Source: Mobula hypostoma
Lineage: Eukaryota
Length of the DNA: 64,000 nt
Direction: 5' to 3'
NCBI RefSeq assembly: GCF_963921235.1
Contig: NC_086097.1
Coordinates: 87,174,001 to 87,238,000 of the forward strand
Shown here: positions 38,341 through 49,799 of the stretch, one piece after another
Layout of the letters: every line of letters begins with the position of its first letter
How positions within the stretch are numbered: position 1 is the first letter of the stretch
Notes under the pieces: model-generated
What the model was told of the DNA's origin: nothing
Databases searched by the model: none
Seen by the model: only the letters and a program-made list of their open reading frames with translations
Position numbers and translations under genes: made by a program

Positions 38341-38559
38341 CATAGATTGTCCCTAGTTAGTAGTTAAACCCATGCAGACTTAAAGGGTGAGGTGTCTAAT
38401 GGGAATTGATGGTATTCATCAATGGACAAAAATCATTTCTAATGAAACAGTGGTAGGACCATTTATTGCAAAAGGTCCATGCTAATTCCTAGTTTTGTGT
38501 CTACCCAACATTATTTTCAGCAGCAGTTGAAAGTGGCCACGGATGTATTTCAATTGAAA

Positions 38560-38872
38560 CATATAAACATGACATAACAGGCCATTTAGCCTATTGAGAC
38601 CATGAACTCCCTAATTAAACTGATCCTACCTTAACACCATTCTCTCCATTTTCTATCAATTCCTTTCAGGTTCCATCGTTTACCTGTGCACTAGCGGCAA
38701 TTTGTAATGGCCACTTTGTTGGGACAGGGGAGGAAACTGGAACACCTGGAGGAAGCCGAAACAATCAAAGAGAGAATGTTCATATTTCATACAAACAAAA
38801 CACTCGAGGTCAGGATTGAATCCATTTCTCTGACACTGTGAGGTAGTAACTCTATTACCTGAATCACCATGC
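38560..38872 (-). mobile_element. V-SINE with CR1-like tail
   Basis: ggaggaaactggaacacctggaggaagcc (reverse V-domain) and caggattgaatcc (reverse B-box). Confidence 0.75.
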
Positions 38873-38944
38873 GGTCTTCTTCAGAAGTGGAAGGAAAAGT
38901 AGCTCGAACAGAATGAAGGAACAGGGAACTGGGTCAAACAGGAA

Positions 38945-39332
38945 AGCAGGGCATGGGATCGGAGTGCTGGCGAGCTACTGGAGTGAGAGATCGGAGATCT
39001 GGGTGAAGGATTGGAGAGCTTTGTGAGAGATTGGAAAGAAAAGTGAGAGAACTGAAGGATTAAATAGCTGGGTATGAGATTCAGAATCAGGATGAGATTC
39101 CGATGAGTATGGTGAGAGATCAGAGCACCAGGTGAGGGTTCAGAGAGTCACGTGAGGGATTAGGGAGCACTGTGAGGAATCAGAAAGAGGGGTGAAGCAT
39201 TAGAGAACTGGATTAGGGATTGAAAGAAGGAGTGAAGAAGGATCAGAACGCCTGGTGAGAAGTGGGAGAGCATGGTGAAGAATTGAAAAGCAGATTAGGA
39301 GACCAGAGAGTCGGGTGAGAGATTAGAACACC
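38945..39332. repeat. Degenerate 20-bp purine-rich minisatellite
   Basis: Units ggtgagagatcagagcacca, ggtgagggttcagagagtca, cgtgagggattagggagcac, tgtgaggaatcagaaagagg from 39111. Confidence 0.75.
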
Positions 39333-39357
39333 TATTGGGGGAAATAGCTACCAGTGG

Positions 39358-40075
39358 GATTCAAAGATCAAAGTAAAATTCTTATCTAAATAAATATATT
39401 TCACCATATACAACCCTGAAAATGATTTTTTTGTGGGCAATCACTGTAAGCACAAGAAACGCAATGGAGTCAATGGAAGTCCACACCCAACAAGTCAAAC
39501 AATAACCAATGTGCAAAACAAAACAACAAACTGTGCAATACAAAGAGAAAAAGGGGAAAAAATATAAATAAATAAATAAACAAACAAACAAGCAAGCAAG
39601 CAATAAACAAGATGATAACATAAAACGAAGGGTCCTATAAAGTGAGTTCACAGATTGTAGACTTTTTTGTTCAAGGGCACTGATATTTTCATACCAGCTC
39701 ATGATGCAACCAGTCAATATAAAAGTTTGTCAAAGCTTTGGATGACATATCGAATCTTTGCAAACTTCTCAGAAAGTGGCCGAACTTTGTGCTTTCTCCA
39801 TTAATTACACTGACGTGCTGTACCCAGGACAGATTCTCTAAAATGATAACATGGCTAAAATGATGACATGAAGGAATTTAAAGTTGCTGACCCTCTCCAT
39901 ATTTGATCCCCCAATTAGGACTGGCACATGAACCTCCAGTATGCTCCACTTGAAGACAGTAATCATCTCCTTGGTCTTGCTGACATTGAATGAGAGGTTG
40001 TTGTTGTGGCACCACTCAGTCAGATTTCCAGTCACCCTCCCATATGTCACCACCTTTGATTCGGCCTATGATGGA
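39358..40075 (-). mobile_element. Rex1/Babar 3' fragment containing a compound AAAT/AAAC/AAGC microsatellite
   Basis: WCHNNNLSFNVSKTKEMI, ERVSNFKFL, LTGCIMSWY. Confidence 0.85.
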
Positions 40076-40661
40076 TTGGTGAATAAAGTGAGGAATCAGA
40101 ACACTAGTGCATTCCCCAAAGTATAGGTGCAGAAAAGTCAGGACCTGTGCTGGATTTTGGAGCTGTCCCAAGATGCTTATCAATAGAATAATTACCTTGC
40201 AAGTCCACAGGATAAACTACTTAATATTAAATCTATATAAACATAATATTAATATGAATCTGAGAAATGCACAAATAATGTGCTTTTGTTTGGATAAATC
40301 CTGGAAACAAGAGCATAAATAACATAGGTGCCCCTTGATTAACCTGATTTAGGAAATAGGTTGATGTTGATGTCAAGGAATCAGCAAAAAATTAGCTCCT
40401 TAAATTATGTCACAGATTGTTTTAGTGGGATTGCTTAGATACCCTGTACGTTAATAGTAGAGAGGTTGCTAGGGAACCATCTGATATAATTTTCAGGCTG
40501 AGTGAGCAAACAGGGGACAATTACTTATATTTCTACAGAATGGAAGTAGATTAATAAAATTACAGCTCCAGTTTTAAAATGGAGTAGTAATTTGGCAGAT
40601 GGGGTAGTTGAGAGGGATGGGATGAAGAAGTTTGTGAATTGGGTGGATTGAAGAAGTGGCT

Positions 40662-41000
40662 AAAAGAAAAGCTCGTATTTATTTAGTTCCTTTCACATCC
40701 CTTTAAGGATAGTGCAGGGCACTTTAAATGTAATGAAGTTGGTCACCTTTATAATGTTGGAAATATGGCAGCCAATGTGTGCATAGCAAATAAATTTGTC
40801 AATAGCCAAATCTGTTTTAATGATATTGATCGAGGATCATTATTAGCCAGGATCTCTGGCAGACTTTTTGAAACAGGGATCACATACATCAATCTGAGAG
40901 AACAGGCCAGTAAATTTCCCAACACCATGGAGATCAATTTATAACCGCAAAGGCACATTATAGTGTAGTTGCATAACCTACTTTCAATGTTTCAACCATT
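40662..41000 (-). mobile_element. Ancient Deu-domain SINE remnant (SacSINE1/AmnSINE1-like)
   Basis: taatgttggaaatatggcagccaatgtgtgcatagcaa...tctgttttaatgatattgatcgaggat..tattagccagga matches the recalled reverse Deu domain. Confidence 0.65.
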
Positions 41001-42709
41001 TTCAGTGCCTCAGTTGTGTTCTAGTATAAAAAGCTTCATTCAGTATGTTAAGCTGCAGAGGCAAACCAGGAATGTAGTACTATTCACTGGAATGATTTTA
41101 AGATTTCCACAGAAATTCAGAGTGTCTATTGAGCACTGCATGATAAGTAATAGTGTGGTGTGCAAATAGGTTATCAGATTTACATGGAGATCCAACATTC
41201 TGTTTATCCCCTTTAAAGCACTTCTTGCTACACTCCCTGAAGCAGCCCATTTTCTGTTTACCAGTGGAATTGTGAATCGATTTATCGGATGCCATGTACT
41301 CTATTTTCCTCTTACACTTCTGTCAGATTAAATCCCATATGTATACTAGTAAATGCCATTACATTATCAGTAGTCTAGCTGTCAGCTGTGTGAAATTTGG
41401 AAAATGCCAGCCTTTTAGACAAAGGATCCTGAGGAATGACCTGATATCTGATATCACCATGATTGAGGTGTTTTTCACAATGCTGAAACCAGACATGTTG
41501 CATAAGGACATTGCCAGGTGAATCCAGTCAGCAACAGGGATAGACTGGCCACAAGGTTTTAGCATATTAAATTCATTTAACAAGGAGTGAGGTGATCATT
41601 TTAGATCATCCTGGATAACCAGATGAAATGGTTAACAGAATTTCCTGAGCCGAAGCTAGGAAGTCCAAAGTTGGCCAGAACGTTGCTAGAAAGTGCAGTC
41701 CCTACAACCTCCACATCACAGATACAGTATTTGCCAGAATGCAACTGAAAGTTCAGTCTAATTAAAAGAGAAACAAACTTTGGAGTTAATGTGATGGTTG
41801 TAAAACCTGCACACAGCTGCTAGCTGATTAGAGCCATCTGATGATTGGGGACTACTGGCAAATTTCCATTTTGCAGTATATCTGAACCCTTTTTCACCTT
41901 TAATCATTGGTAAAGGTGTCATTGATTGGAATGGAGTTTTCGCATAAATTGTTTGGTTTGACTTGTTTATACAAGTGATGCCTAGTGAGGAAAACAAAGC
42001 GCATCAAAGCAGCACATAGCTGTGGGAAAACCAAGCTACGAACTTCAAGGTCAAAAAAATGCCAGACATAATTGCTTTATTTTTTTCCTACAATCTGTAA
42101 TCAAAAGGTTCAGCATGTGTTGGAAAATTACAAGCACATTGCAAATAAGTTATACCATTCCTTTGTGGACTTGGACTTGTGGCCTTTGTATTTTCCAGGT
42201 TTTTTTAAATTATTATCTTGAAGTTTCTAATTTGTACTGGATTACTGATGAGGAATCCTCCACCCATCTCAGTACATGTTGTAAGTCTACAAGAAACTAA
42301 AAGCAAATCCTAACCTGTATTCAGTTGAATTCAGTGAAAATTCCCTTCTTGTAAATCACTTCTGGATTACTCATACAATCTGGGAACCTTGACCTAGAAG
42401 TTACTGCACTTCACATTTTTTTCAAATTATATTAATATTGGGAGTCAGTTGTTGGTGATTTTTTTATTTCAAAGATAAAGTTTATCATAATTTATACATA
42501 TTACACAGTGCAAAAACTTTTTTACATTCTTAATGCTATTTGGTCAATCCATTCGATAGTGTTAACACTTTATTAAAACATGGCACCATTGCCACTCATA
42601 CGACCCCGCTGGGATGATACATCCTTTCAGTGTTTGAGGGGCTTCACGAAATATTACCGAACAGAATTGTTGTTGGGCTCTGCTGAAGCTGAAATTGGTG
42701 GTTTTAGTC

Positions 42710-43324
42710 CAGTGGTCCCCAACCTCTGGGCCACGGACCGATACCAGGCCACGAAGCATGCAGGGGTGCAGTGGTAGCCAGAGCATACCCAGCACATCTT
42801 TAAGAAAAAAGCCAAAATTAACAAGCTAATTAATTAGGTGCTGCCAGAATCCAGTCTTCATTAGAGGAACTGAGGTGGAGAGGGTCAATAACTTTAAATT
42901 CTTCAGCATTAAGGATCGATGTTTCTCTCTCTGAAAAGTGTCAGAGGATCTGTCCTGGGACCAGCACGTAACCGTCATTACAAAGAAAGCATGGCAGCAC
43001 CTATACTTTATTAGAAGTTTGTGTAGATTCAACATGTTACCTCAATCCTGACAGGCCTGTCTTTTCAGCCTGTCTGGGCTGGCGTTTAAATTTACCAAAC
43101 AATGGAACAGCTAAAGGCTCCAGCGCCCTGGAAAGAGGAGTGAATATCACGTAGAGCAAGTGAAATCGACAATCGCCTCTGATCTGGGCTGACATTTACG
43201 TGCCGGGCGGCACCTAATTAATTAGCTTGTTTATTTTTGGCTTTTTTCTTAAAGATCTGCTGGGTGCGCTTCGGATACCGCTGTACCCCTGCATGCTTCA
43301 CGGCCCGGAGGTTGGGGACCACTG
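42710..43324. mobile_element. hAT (Charlie-type) non-autonomous element with long TIRs carrying a Rex fragment
   Basis: cagtggtccccaacctc ... gaggttggggaccactg; 8-bp TSD TTTTAGTC at 42702-42709 and 43325-43332; inverted similarity extends over 100 bp. Confidence 0.93.
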
Positions 43325-43526
43325 TTTTAGTCCATTTGATGTGTCACATGTTCTTCAAGATCCAAGCAACAGCAAAGTGTGATTTTTACAGTTTTCTCTT
43401 AAAGGGACATACCATGATACAAGCAAAATACTTTCATCTACAGTTGTTATTAAATGAACAGGAGCTTCAATAAAAAAAAATGTTGTATTGTGAGAGCCAT
43501 TCCTTGTGGTCTGAAGGGTTAGATAG

Positions 43527-43767
43527 TGTGGTAAACCATATATATATGTTGTAACTGGGTTACCTGTCTGGACATGCCTGGACACACCCCTCTGCTGACT
43601 GCTCCTGTGGCTCCTCCCAAAGACTCCTGAATAAAGGCGATTGTGTCACTGCTCCTCCCTCAGTCCGGGGCAGATACTCAGCATGGACGTTGGACCATTT
43701 ACTGTTAATAAAAGCCTTTCAGTATTTACTCAACTTCCAGTCTTTTGGAGTAATTGATAGTGCATCA
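43527..43767 (+). mobile_element. Solo LTR (241 bp)
   Basis: TG...CA ends, perfect 5-bp TSD GATAG (43522-43526 and 43768-43772), internal AATAAA. Confidence 0.9.
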
Positions 43768-45489
43768 GATAGGTTGATATTGACAGAACTTGTAGGAGAC
43801 ATGCTATTTGTGCATGGTCTCCACGGGAACTCTCCAGGTACTCCTGGTGAGAGGTTGCCGGGAAAATCTCTATAAGGATTTTGATGCAGTTTATGTATGT
43901 CACCAGTGGAAGCTACAATACATGTCTGTGAATGCAATACATGCCTGGTTCTATGGGTTAAGGAAAGTAGATGAATCCTACTCTCCTCAAATTTTGAGTT
44001 TGAATGCCCTCTGACCACCCCAACGTCAGCAACAGTTTGGAATGATAGTGAGATGAGATATCGGAGACTGACCGTGACCCTAATTCTGTGGGTGTAAGAG
44101 TCAAAGCATGAGTGTGAGGCTGTGAACTGGGCACTGGAGGTCAGAGATTTCAGTAAGGATAGCTTGAGTGTTGGTCCTTTAAATAGCCAAGTTTCAGTGG
44201 AAACTACATTAGTAAAAGTTGACTTCATTTTAGTAAAGGACTGTCATTTTTAAGAACAGTGAGGTTGAAAAGCTCATCTCAGCTGGATTTTGTATTGATG
44301 CTATTTTGGGAAAATTGACACCGGAAATTATCTGTGGGGGGTAGTGAATATCTCGCTAAAAATTAAGGGATATGTTTCCAAATTGGTGCCAAAACCACTA
44401 AGTATATGTGCAGAGTTGCTCTAAGGGTTAACCTAGTTCTCAGCAGCGCTGTACCTCTGTTTTGAAGATGTGTGAGTGACCTCTTATTCTCTTGACTAAA
44501 TTTTACAGTTTTTATCCTTAGGCTGCTAATGCCATGTTGAGATCTGCTCCACTAGAACAGACTATGAACTGAACTCGATACATCCTGCCTGTATAATCCT
44601 ATTTCTCACTTTAATTCATCCTGTAAACTGTGCTATTATGTAGGTTGGTCTTCAGCCTTTAGTAAAAGAGATTTCCTCTTGTTTGTGAATGACAAGGATT
44701 TCCATTTGGAAATATTTGCAATTCCATTGCTGTGAAGTTAAAATTAGTTTCTTGCCTTCAATATAATTCATTCTTCTCGCATTTGCATTTGCCTTTCACT
44801 TGAAAAAGTGACAAATGCTTTTGCTATTAGGGGTTGCAGTATGCTGTTTTTCCACCGGGAGCTCCAGCTGTAGAACGATCTCAAAGAATCCCTTGTTACC
44901 TCAGCTGCTATCTATCATTTTCCTGGGCTTCATTATACCAGTAAAAATATTCCTTATGGATTATCCCAGCACTAGTGAGCTTAACTATAATTCTTTCTCA
45001 TGCAACATAATTGTATCGACATAAGAATACAATGCTTGAGACAGCAGAGTTTGTCTAATTTTTAGAACTCAATTACTGACTGCCTAATGATACAATTTGT
45101 ATTTTCTTGGGATATTGAGCAATTATTTTAAATCTCCTACCAAGGACTTTGTCCCTGCTCAGACTTAACAAGCTTGCCACCAAAGTTGATATGTCATTTG
45201 ATTGGAAACTTAAAATCTGTACAGCGGTGCTGAGAGAATAAACTAGCTCATATTGTGTGTAATGAAGGACATTAAGGACAAGGTCTATTTGGGAAGCAGT
45301 ACTGCAAAATTTCTGCAGTTACTCTGATACGATGGCAGAAGAACAAAGTGGCATCTTAAGACATTTCTCCAGAGGTTCTGTCAATTTTCATTGGACCATG
45401 CAAGAAATTGTTTTTGCTTCCTGATTCTAATGATCCAATCTACATAAACTCATGAGGCTCTCGCCTGGTTTAAATGGGAATCCAAAAGC

Positions 45490-45650
45490 AAAATGCATCA
45501 GATGCTGGAAATTTGAAGTAAAATCAAATTTGGCAATATCTCTGGAGACAGAAAATAATGCTGTCATTTCAGGTAAATGGCCTTTCATCAATTCTCCATG
45601 CACACTGCCTGACAAACACAGAGCATTTGCATCGCTTTCAATCTTATTCC
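45490..45650 (-). mobile_element. Very old Penelope-derived fold-back remnant
   Basis: cagatgctggaaatttgaagtaaaa tail; minus-strand ttgatgaaaggccatttacctgaaatgac is an eroded hammerhead. Confidence 0.5.
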
Positions 45651-46700
45651 TGCTTTTATCAAACTCCTCAACCACAAACAAATGCACAAAGGTGTAGATC
45701 AGAAATAGAAAGGAAGTGTTGAGTTCTGAATGTGGGGACCTTGTTCATTTTTATTTCATTATTGCTGAACCATCTAGCTCCTCGGGCAGGTCATGTTAAA
45801 ATACTTGTAGTACACTCACTTTCTCATTAAGGTTGATTAATTCATATTAACCAAGTTTCAGTATCTCAATGACCAGACACATACATGCTGAGCCATTTGG
45901 AAAGACGTAATGTTCACTGCGAGCTCCACATATTCTAATTAATTTACAGGCTGATTTCTGCATTGTGTCGATAAAATCTTGTCCTTTCAATGACCTTGCA
46001 CTTACTTGCTTCTGCTCCACAAAGCCGTACTTTTAAAATAGAAAGTGTAGTTGGTATCTGGAATGAACAGTTAAAAACATTTAGTTTGAATGAGCAAGTC
46101 AATGGTGGATTGGGAATTAAAGCAGGCAAATTGGACCAATAAAGACAGGTGTGATGAGGGACGTAAACGTGATGGGCCACAGTGTGTTTCCTGGCTGTAC
46201 AACTCCATGACTGCATGATGAGCAGGGAAGTGAATGTGTCCTTTTGATTTTTTTGGAGAATAAGACTGGATAATTTCAATTAGCCTTGTGCTGCTTCCAA
46301 TTCAGCAGGTGTGATAATGCAAAATCAATTCAGCTTGCAACAGGCGATGATGCATAATTAATTAGATTGAAATAGATTTTCAAGTGATCACATTGATATG
46401 ACTAGATTTGACCATTTAAAAAGCTGTAGATTATATTTTACAATTATATGTTTCCAAAGTTGGCAGCCAAAACAAGACCATGACAGTAGCTGGATGGGGT
46501 CCATCATTAACTAAATATTCCGGTTAACCCAGGCAACCTGTTCATACTCTATACCTTCACAGTATGGTCCGGGTCAATTTTGACCCGGCCCAAGAATCCC
46601 CTCATAACACGAGGACATCTGCAGATGCTGGAATTTCAAGCAACACACAAAAAATGGTGGTGAACGCAGCAGGCCAGGCAGCATCTATAGGAAGAGGTAC

Positions 46701-46736
46701 AGTCGACTTTTCGGGCCGAGTCCCTTCTTCAGGACT
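46701..46736 (-). ncRNA. Minimal type I hammerhead ribozyme motif
   Basis: Minus strand agtc-CTGAAGA-a-gggactcggccc-GAAA-a-GTC-gact. Confidence 0.72.
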
Positions 46737-46851
46737 AACTGAAAGAAGAGATAGTGAGAGATTTGAAAGTGGGAGGGGGAGATCCAAAATGAAATAAAAT
46801 CTCCTCCTCCCCCACCCACTTTCAAATCTCTTACTATCTCTTCTTTCAGTT

Positions 46852-46887
46852 AGTCCTGACGAAGGGTCTCAGCCCGAAACGTCAACT
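46852..46887 (+). ncRNA. Minimal type I hammerhead ribozyme motif
   Basis: agtc-CTGACGA-a-gggtctcagccc-GAAA-c-GTC-aact. Confidence 0.75.
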
Positions 46888-47464
46888 GTACCTCTTCCTA
46901 TAAATCCCCTCATAACAAGTGTCTATACCAAATTTTGAACCACAGATCTATTTAGAATGTATAAATAGCCTATCTGACATTAATAAATGGGTGATTAATC
47001 CTTAATTAATGTTTCAGTGATGTAAAATCCATTTCAATAGATAAGGGTCAAATTTGACACGGAACAGCCTCAATGTACAAAAATCTGTAGCACCTGTACA
47101 AAAGTATAACATTTTTAAATATTTTTCATTTCTGCATTTTTTGGGTCACTTTAGGAAAAGTCATCAAATTTCGGCTAAAAATGGCACTTAGGATGTTTTA
47201 CTGCTATCAAATGTCAAAACGGGTCAAATTTGACCCAAACTGTATGTAAGAGTTAAAGATATTTACACATTTAGTTATTTCTTTCGGCTGGAAACTTAAT
47301 AACAAAAATCAAAGAAATGGCAGATATATCGAGTCAATTGCTTGCTTCAATTTTCACTGCAGAAGGTTCTGTAAATATCCCTAAGTGAAACAGAGGATAA
47401 TTCCAAATAATAATTAGAGACTTGTAAAACACACAATAGTGACTTTGGTTTAATCCAGACCACT

Positions 47465-47630
47465 AATGCTGTCTGTGTAGAGCTTACATGTTCTCCCTAT
47501 GATCACATGGATTTCTTTCAGGTTCTCCAATTTCCTCCCACATTCCAAAGATGTGTACGTTAAAAGGTTAGTTGACCACTAAATTCTCCCTAGCACATAG
47601 ATGAGAATTAGATTCTAGGAAGAATTGATG
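47465..47630 (+). mobile_element. V-SINE fragment
   Basis: catgttctccctatgatcacatggatttctttcaggttctccaatttcctcccacattccaaagatgtg (V-domain). Confidence 0.75.
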
Positions 47631-48655
47631 TGACTAATGGTGTGCTGTAGGGATCAGTGCTGGGTTCTCCTGTGACTAATGGTGTGCCACAGGAGTTGGT
47701 GCTGGGTCCTCTGTTGTTTGTCATCTATATCAATGATCTGGATGATAATGCGATCAACTGGATCAGCGAATTTGAGGATGGCACTAAAATTGGGGGTGTA
47801 GTGGACAGTGAGGAAGACTATCATAGCTTGCAGAGGGATCTGCATCAGCTGGGAAAATGGACTGAAAAATGGCAGATGCAGTTTAATGCAGACAAGTGCG
47901 AGGTTTTGAACTTTGGTAGGACCAACTAGGTTAGGTCTTACACAGTGAACGATAGGGCACTGAGGAGTGTGATAGGACAAAGGGATCTGTGAATACTGGT
48001 AAATAATTCATTGAAAGTGGCATCACAGGTAGACAGGGTCATAAAGAAAGCTTTTGGCACATTGGCCTTCATAAATCAAAGTAAAGAGTACAGGAGATGG
48101 GATGTTATGTTGAAGTTTTATAAGACATTGGTGAGGCCTAATTTGGAGTATTGTGTGTTGATTTGGTCACCTACCTACAGGGAAGATGGAAACAAGGTTG
48201 AACTAGTGCAGAGAAAATTTACAAGGATGTTGTTGGGTCCGGAGAATCTGAGTTATAAGGAAAGATTGAATGGGTTAAGACTGTATTCTTCAGAGGAGAT
48301 TTGATAGAGGTATACAAAATTATGAGTATAGTTAGGGTAAATGCAAACAGGTTTTTCCCACTGAGGTTGGGTGGGCTGCAACCAGAGGTCATGGGTTAAG
48401 GGTAAAAGGGGAGAGGTTTAAGGGGAAAATGAGGGGAAAGTTCTTCACTCTAAGGGTCATGAGAGTGTGCAATGAGCTACCAGCACAAGTGGTCCATGAA
48501 AGTTTGAGTTCGATGCTTAAAAGAAGTTTGGATAGGTACATGGATCGTCACGGTATCAATGGATATGTCCCAGTGCAGGCCGATAGGAGTAGGCCGTTTA
48601 AATGGTTTTGAAACGGACCAGAGGGCCACTTCTCTATGACTCTATGACTCTATGA
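47630..48655 (+). mobile_element. CR1 RT C-terminal half and 3' end
   Basis: [36 protein letters not shown]; (CTCTATGA)n tail. Confidence 0.93.
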
Positions 48656-48699
48656 ATGTGAGGGAAATTAACTGATTTAAGGGAGGATAGGATTTGGGA

Positions 48700-49785
48700 C
48701 AACATTTTGTTACTATATAGGACATTGGTGAGACTGCACGTGGAGTGTTGTGAACAATTCTGGCTGCTATATGATAGGAAGCATGTGATTAAGCTAGTGA
48801 GGATGCAGAAATGATTCAGAAAGATGTTGGTGGGACTGGAGAGTTTGGCTTATAAAGAGGGATTCTTTTCCTTGCAGCCAAGGAGACTGAGGGATGAACT
48901 TACAGAGTGTTTTTTTAAATCATGTGGGGCACAGATAAGATGGATGTTTACAGCCTTTTGCTCAGAATCAGTAAAGTATACAACTAGAGGACAAAGATAA
49001 GTGGGAAAATTTTTAAGTTGATTTGAGAGGCAAGTAAAGGGGCTTTGTGTGTCATAGGAGATGGAAGATCTCTGGCTGTGTTCCCAGAGACCCAAGATCT
49101 TTGGGAACAGAGCTTGGAAATAGTGACGCAATGGACTTTTAACATCGTAATCAGCGAGTTGTTTGTTATGTATCCCCTTTCACTGTGAAATGGAGACATC
49201 TCTTTCTCCCTTGTTAGGGAGAGAGAGCCTGTGGTATGTCAAATGCTGGGTGAACGAGTAGTCTTTGGGGTACTGTAAGTCTGCGTCTTCGCCATTGCTT
49301 TGCTGCACGCTTGAGTGCTCGGTGGTGGGTGCCAATGCTTTTTTTGCTGGTGGGAGAGGGGGGATCATTGTTCTGCTGCTGCTTACGCACGGGAGGGAGG
49401 GGAACTGGGGGTCTGTGGGTTTCTAACATTTAACTGTCATTCATTCTGTGGGAGCACTCCTCTGTTTTTGTGGATGGTTGCAAAGAAAAAGCATTTCAGG
49501 ATGTGTATTGCATACATTTCTCTGACATTAAATGCACCTTTGAACCTTCGAGCATTCACAGAATTCACAGAGTGTGGTGGGTATATGGAATGAGTTGCCA
49601 GTGAAGATAGTAGAGGTGGGTATAATTATAATGATAGAAAGATATTTGGATAGATACATGGATAAGAAATATTAAGAGTGATATGGGACAAATGCAGGCC
49701 AATATTTCATTGGCACCATAGTCCGAATGGATAAGTTGGGCCGAAGGGCCTCTTTCAGTGCTATATCGATCTGTGACTGTAATAG
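48700..49785 (+). mobile_element. Older CR1 3' part interrupted at about 49050-49552
   Basis: ggacattggtgagactgcacgtggagtgttgtg (LVR.H.EYC); resumes cacagagtgtggtgggtatatggaatgagttgcca; ends gggccgaagggcct. Confidence 0.8.
49050..49552 (+). mobile_element. Non-autonomous retroposon with Rex-type tail
   Basis: Non-coding body ending atttcaggatgtgtattgcatacatttctctgacattaaatgcacctttgaaccttcga. Confidence 0.65.
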
Positions 49786-49799
49786 TCTATCCAGATTAC

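Larger units (their letters stand above)
46610..46902. mobile_element. Miniature fold-back Penelope family A insertion with two opposed hammerheads
   Basis: Perfect 15-bp TSD aatcccctcataaca (46595-46609 and 46903-46917); inverted arms 46686-46773 and 46815-46902. Confidence 0.92.
46524..47256. mobile_element. piggyBac-like (TTAA) non-autonomous DNA element
   Basis: Palindromic gggtcaa(a/t)tttgaccc motifs near 46571, 47045 and 47221; right end ...tgtaagag-TTAA; left end uncertain. Confidence 0.55.

Noticed and set aside
38945..39332. Possible CRISPR-like array
   Set aside because: Contiguous degenerate tandem units without unique spacers, eukaryotic context and no cas genes.
43719..44228. 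169-aa minus-strand ORF
   Set aside because: Crosses into the solo LTR and has no recognisable domain; likely chance.
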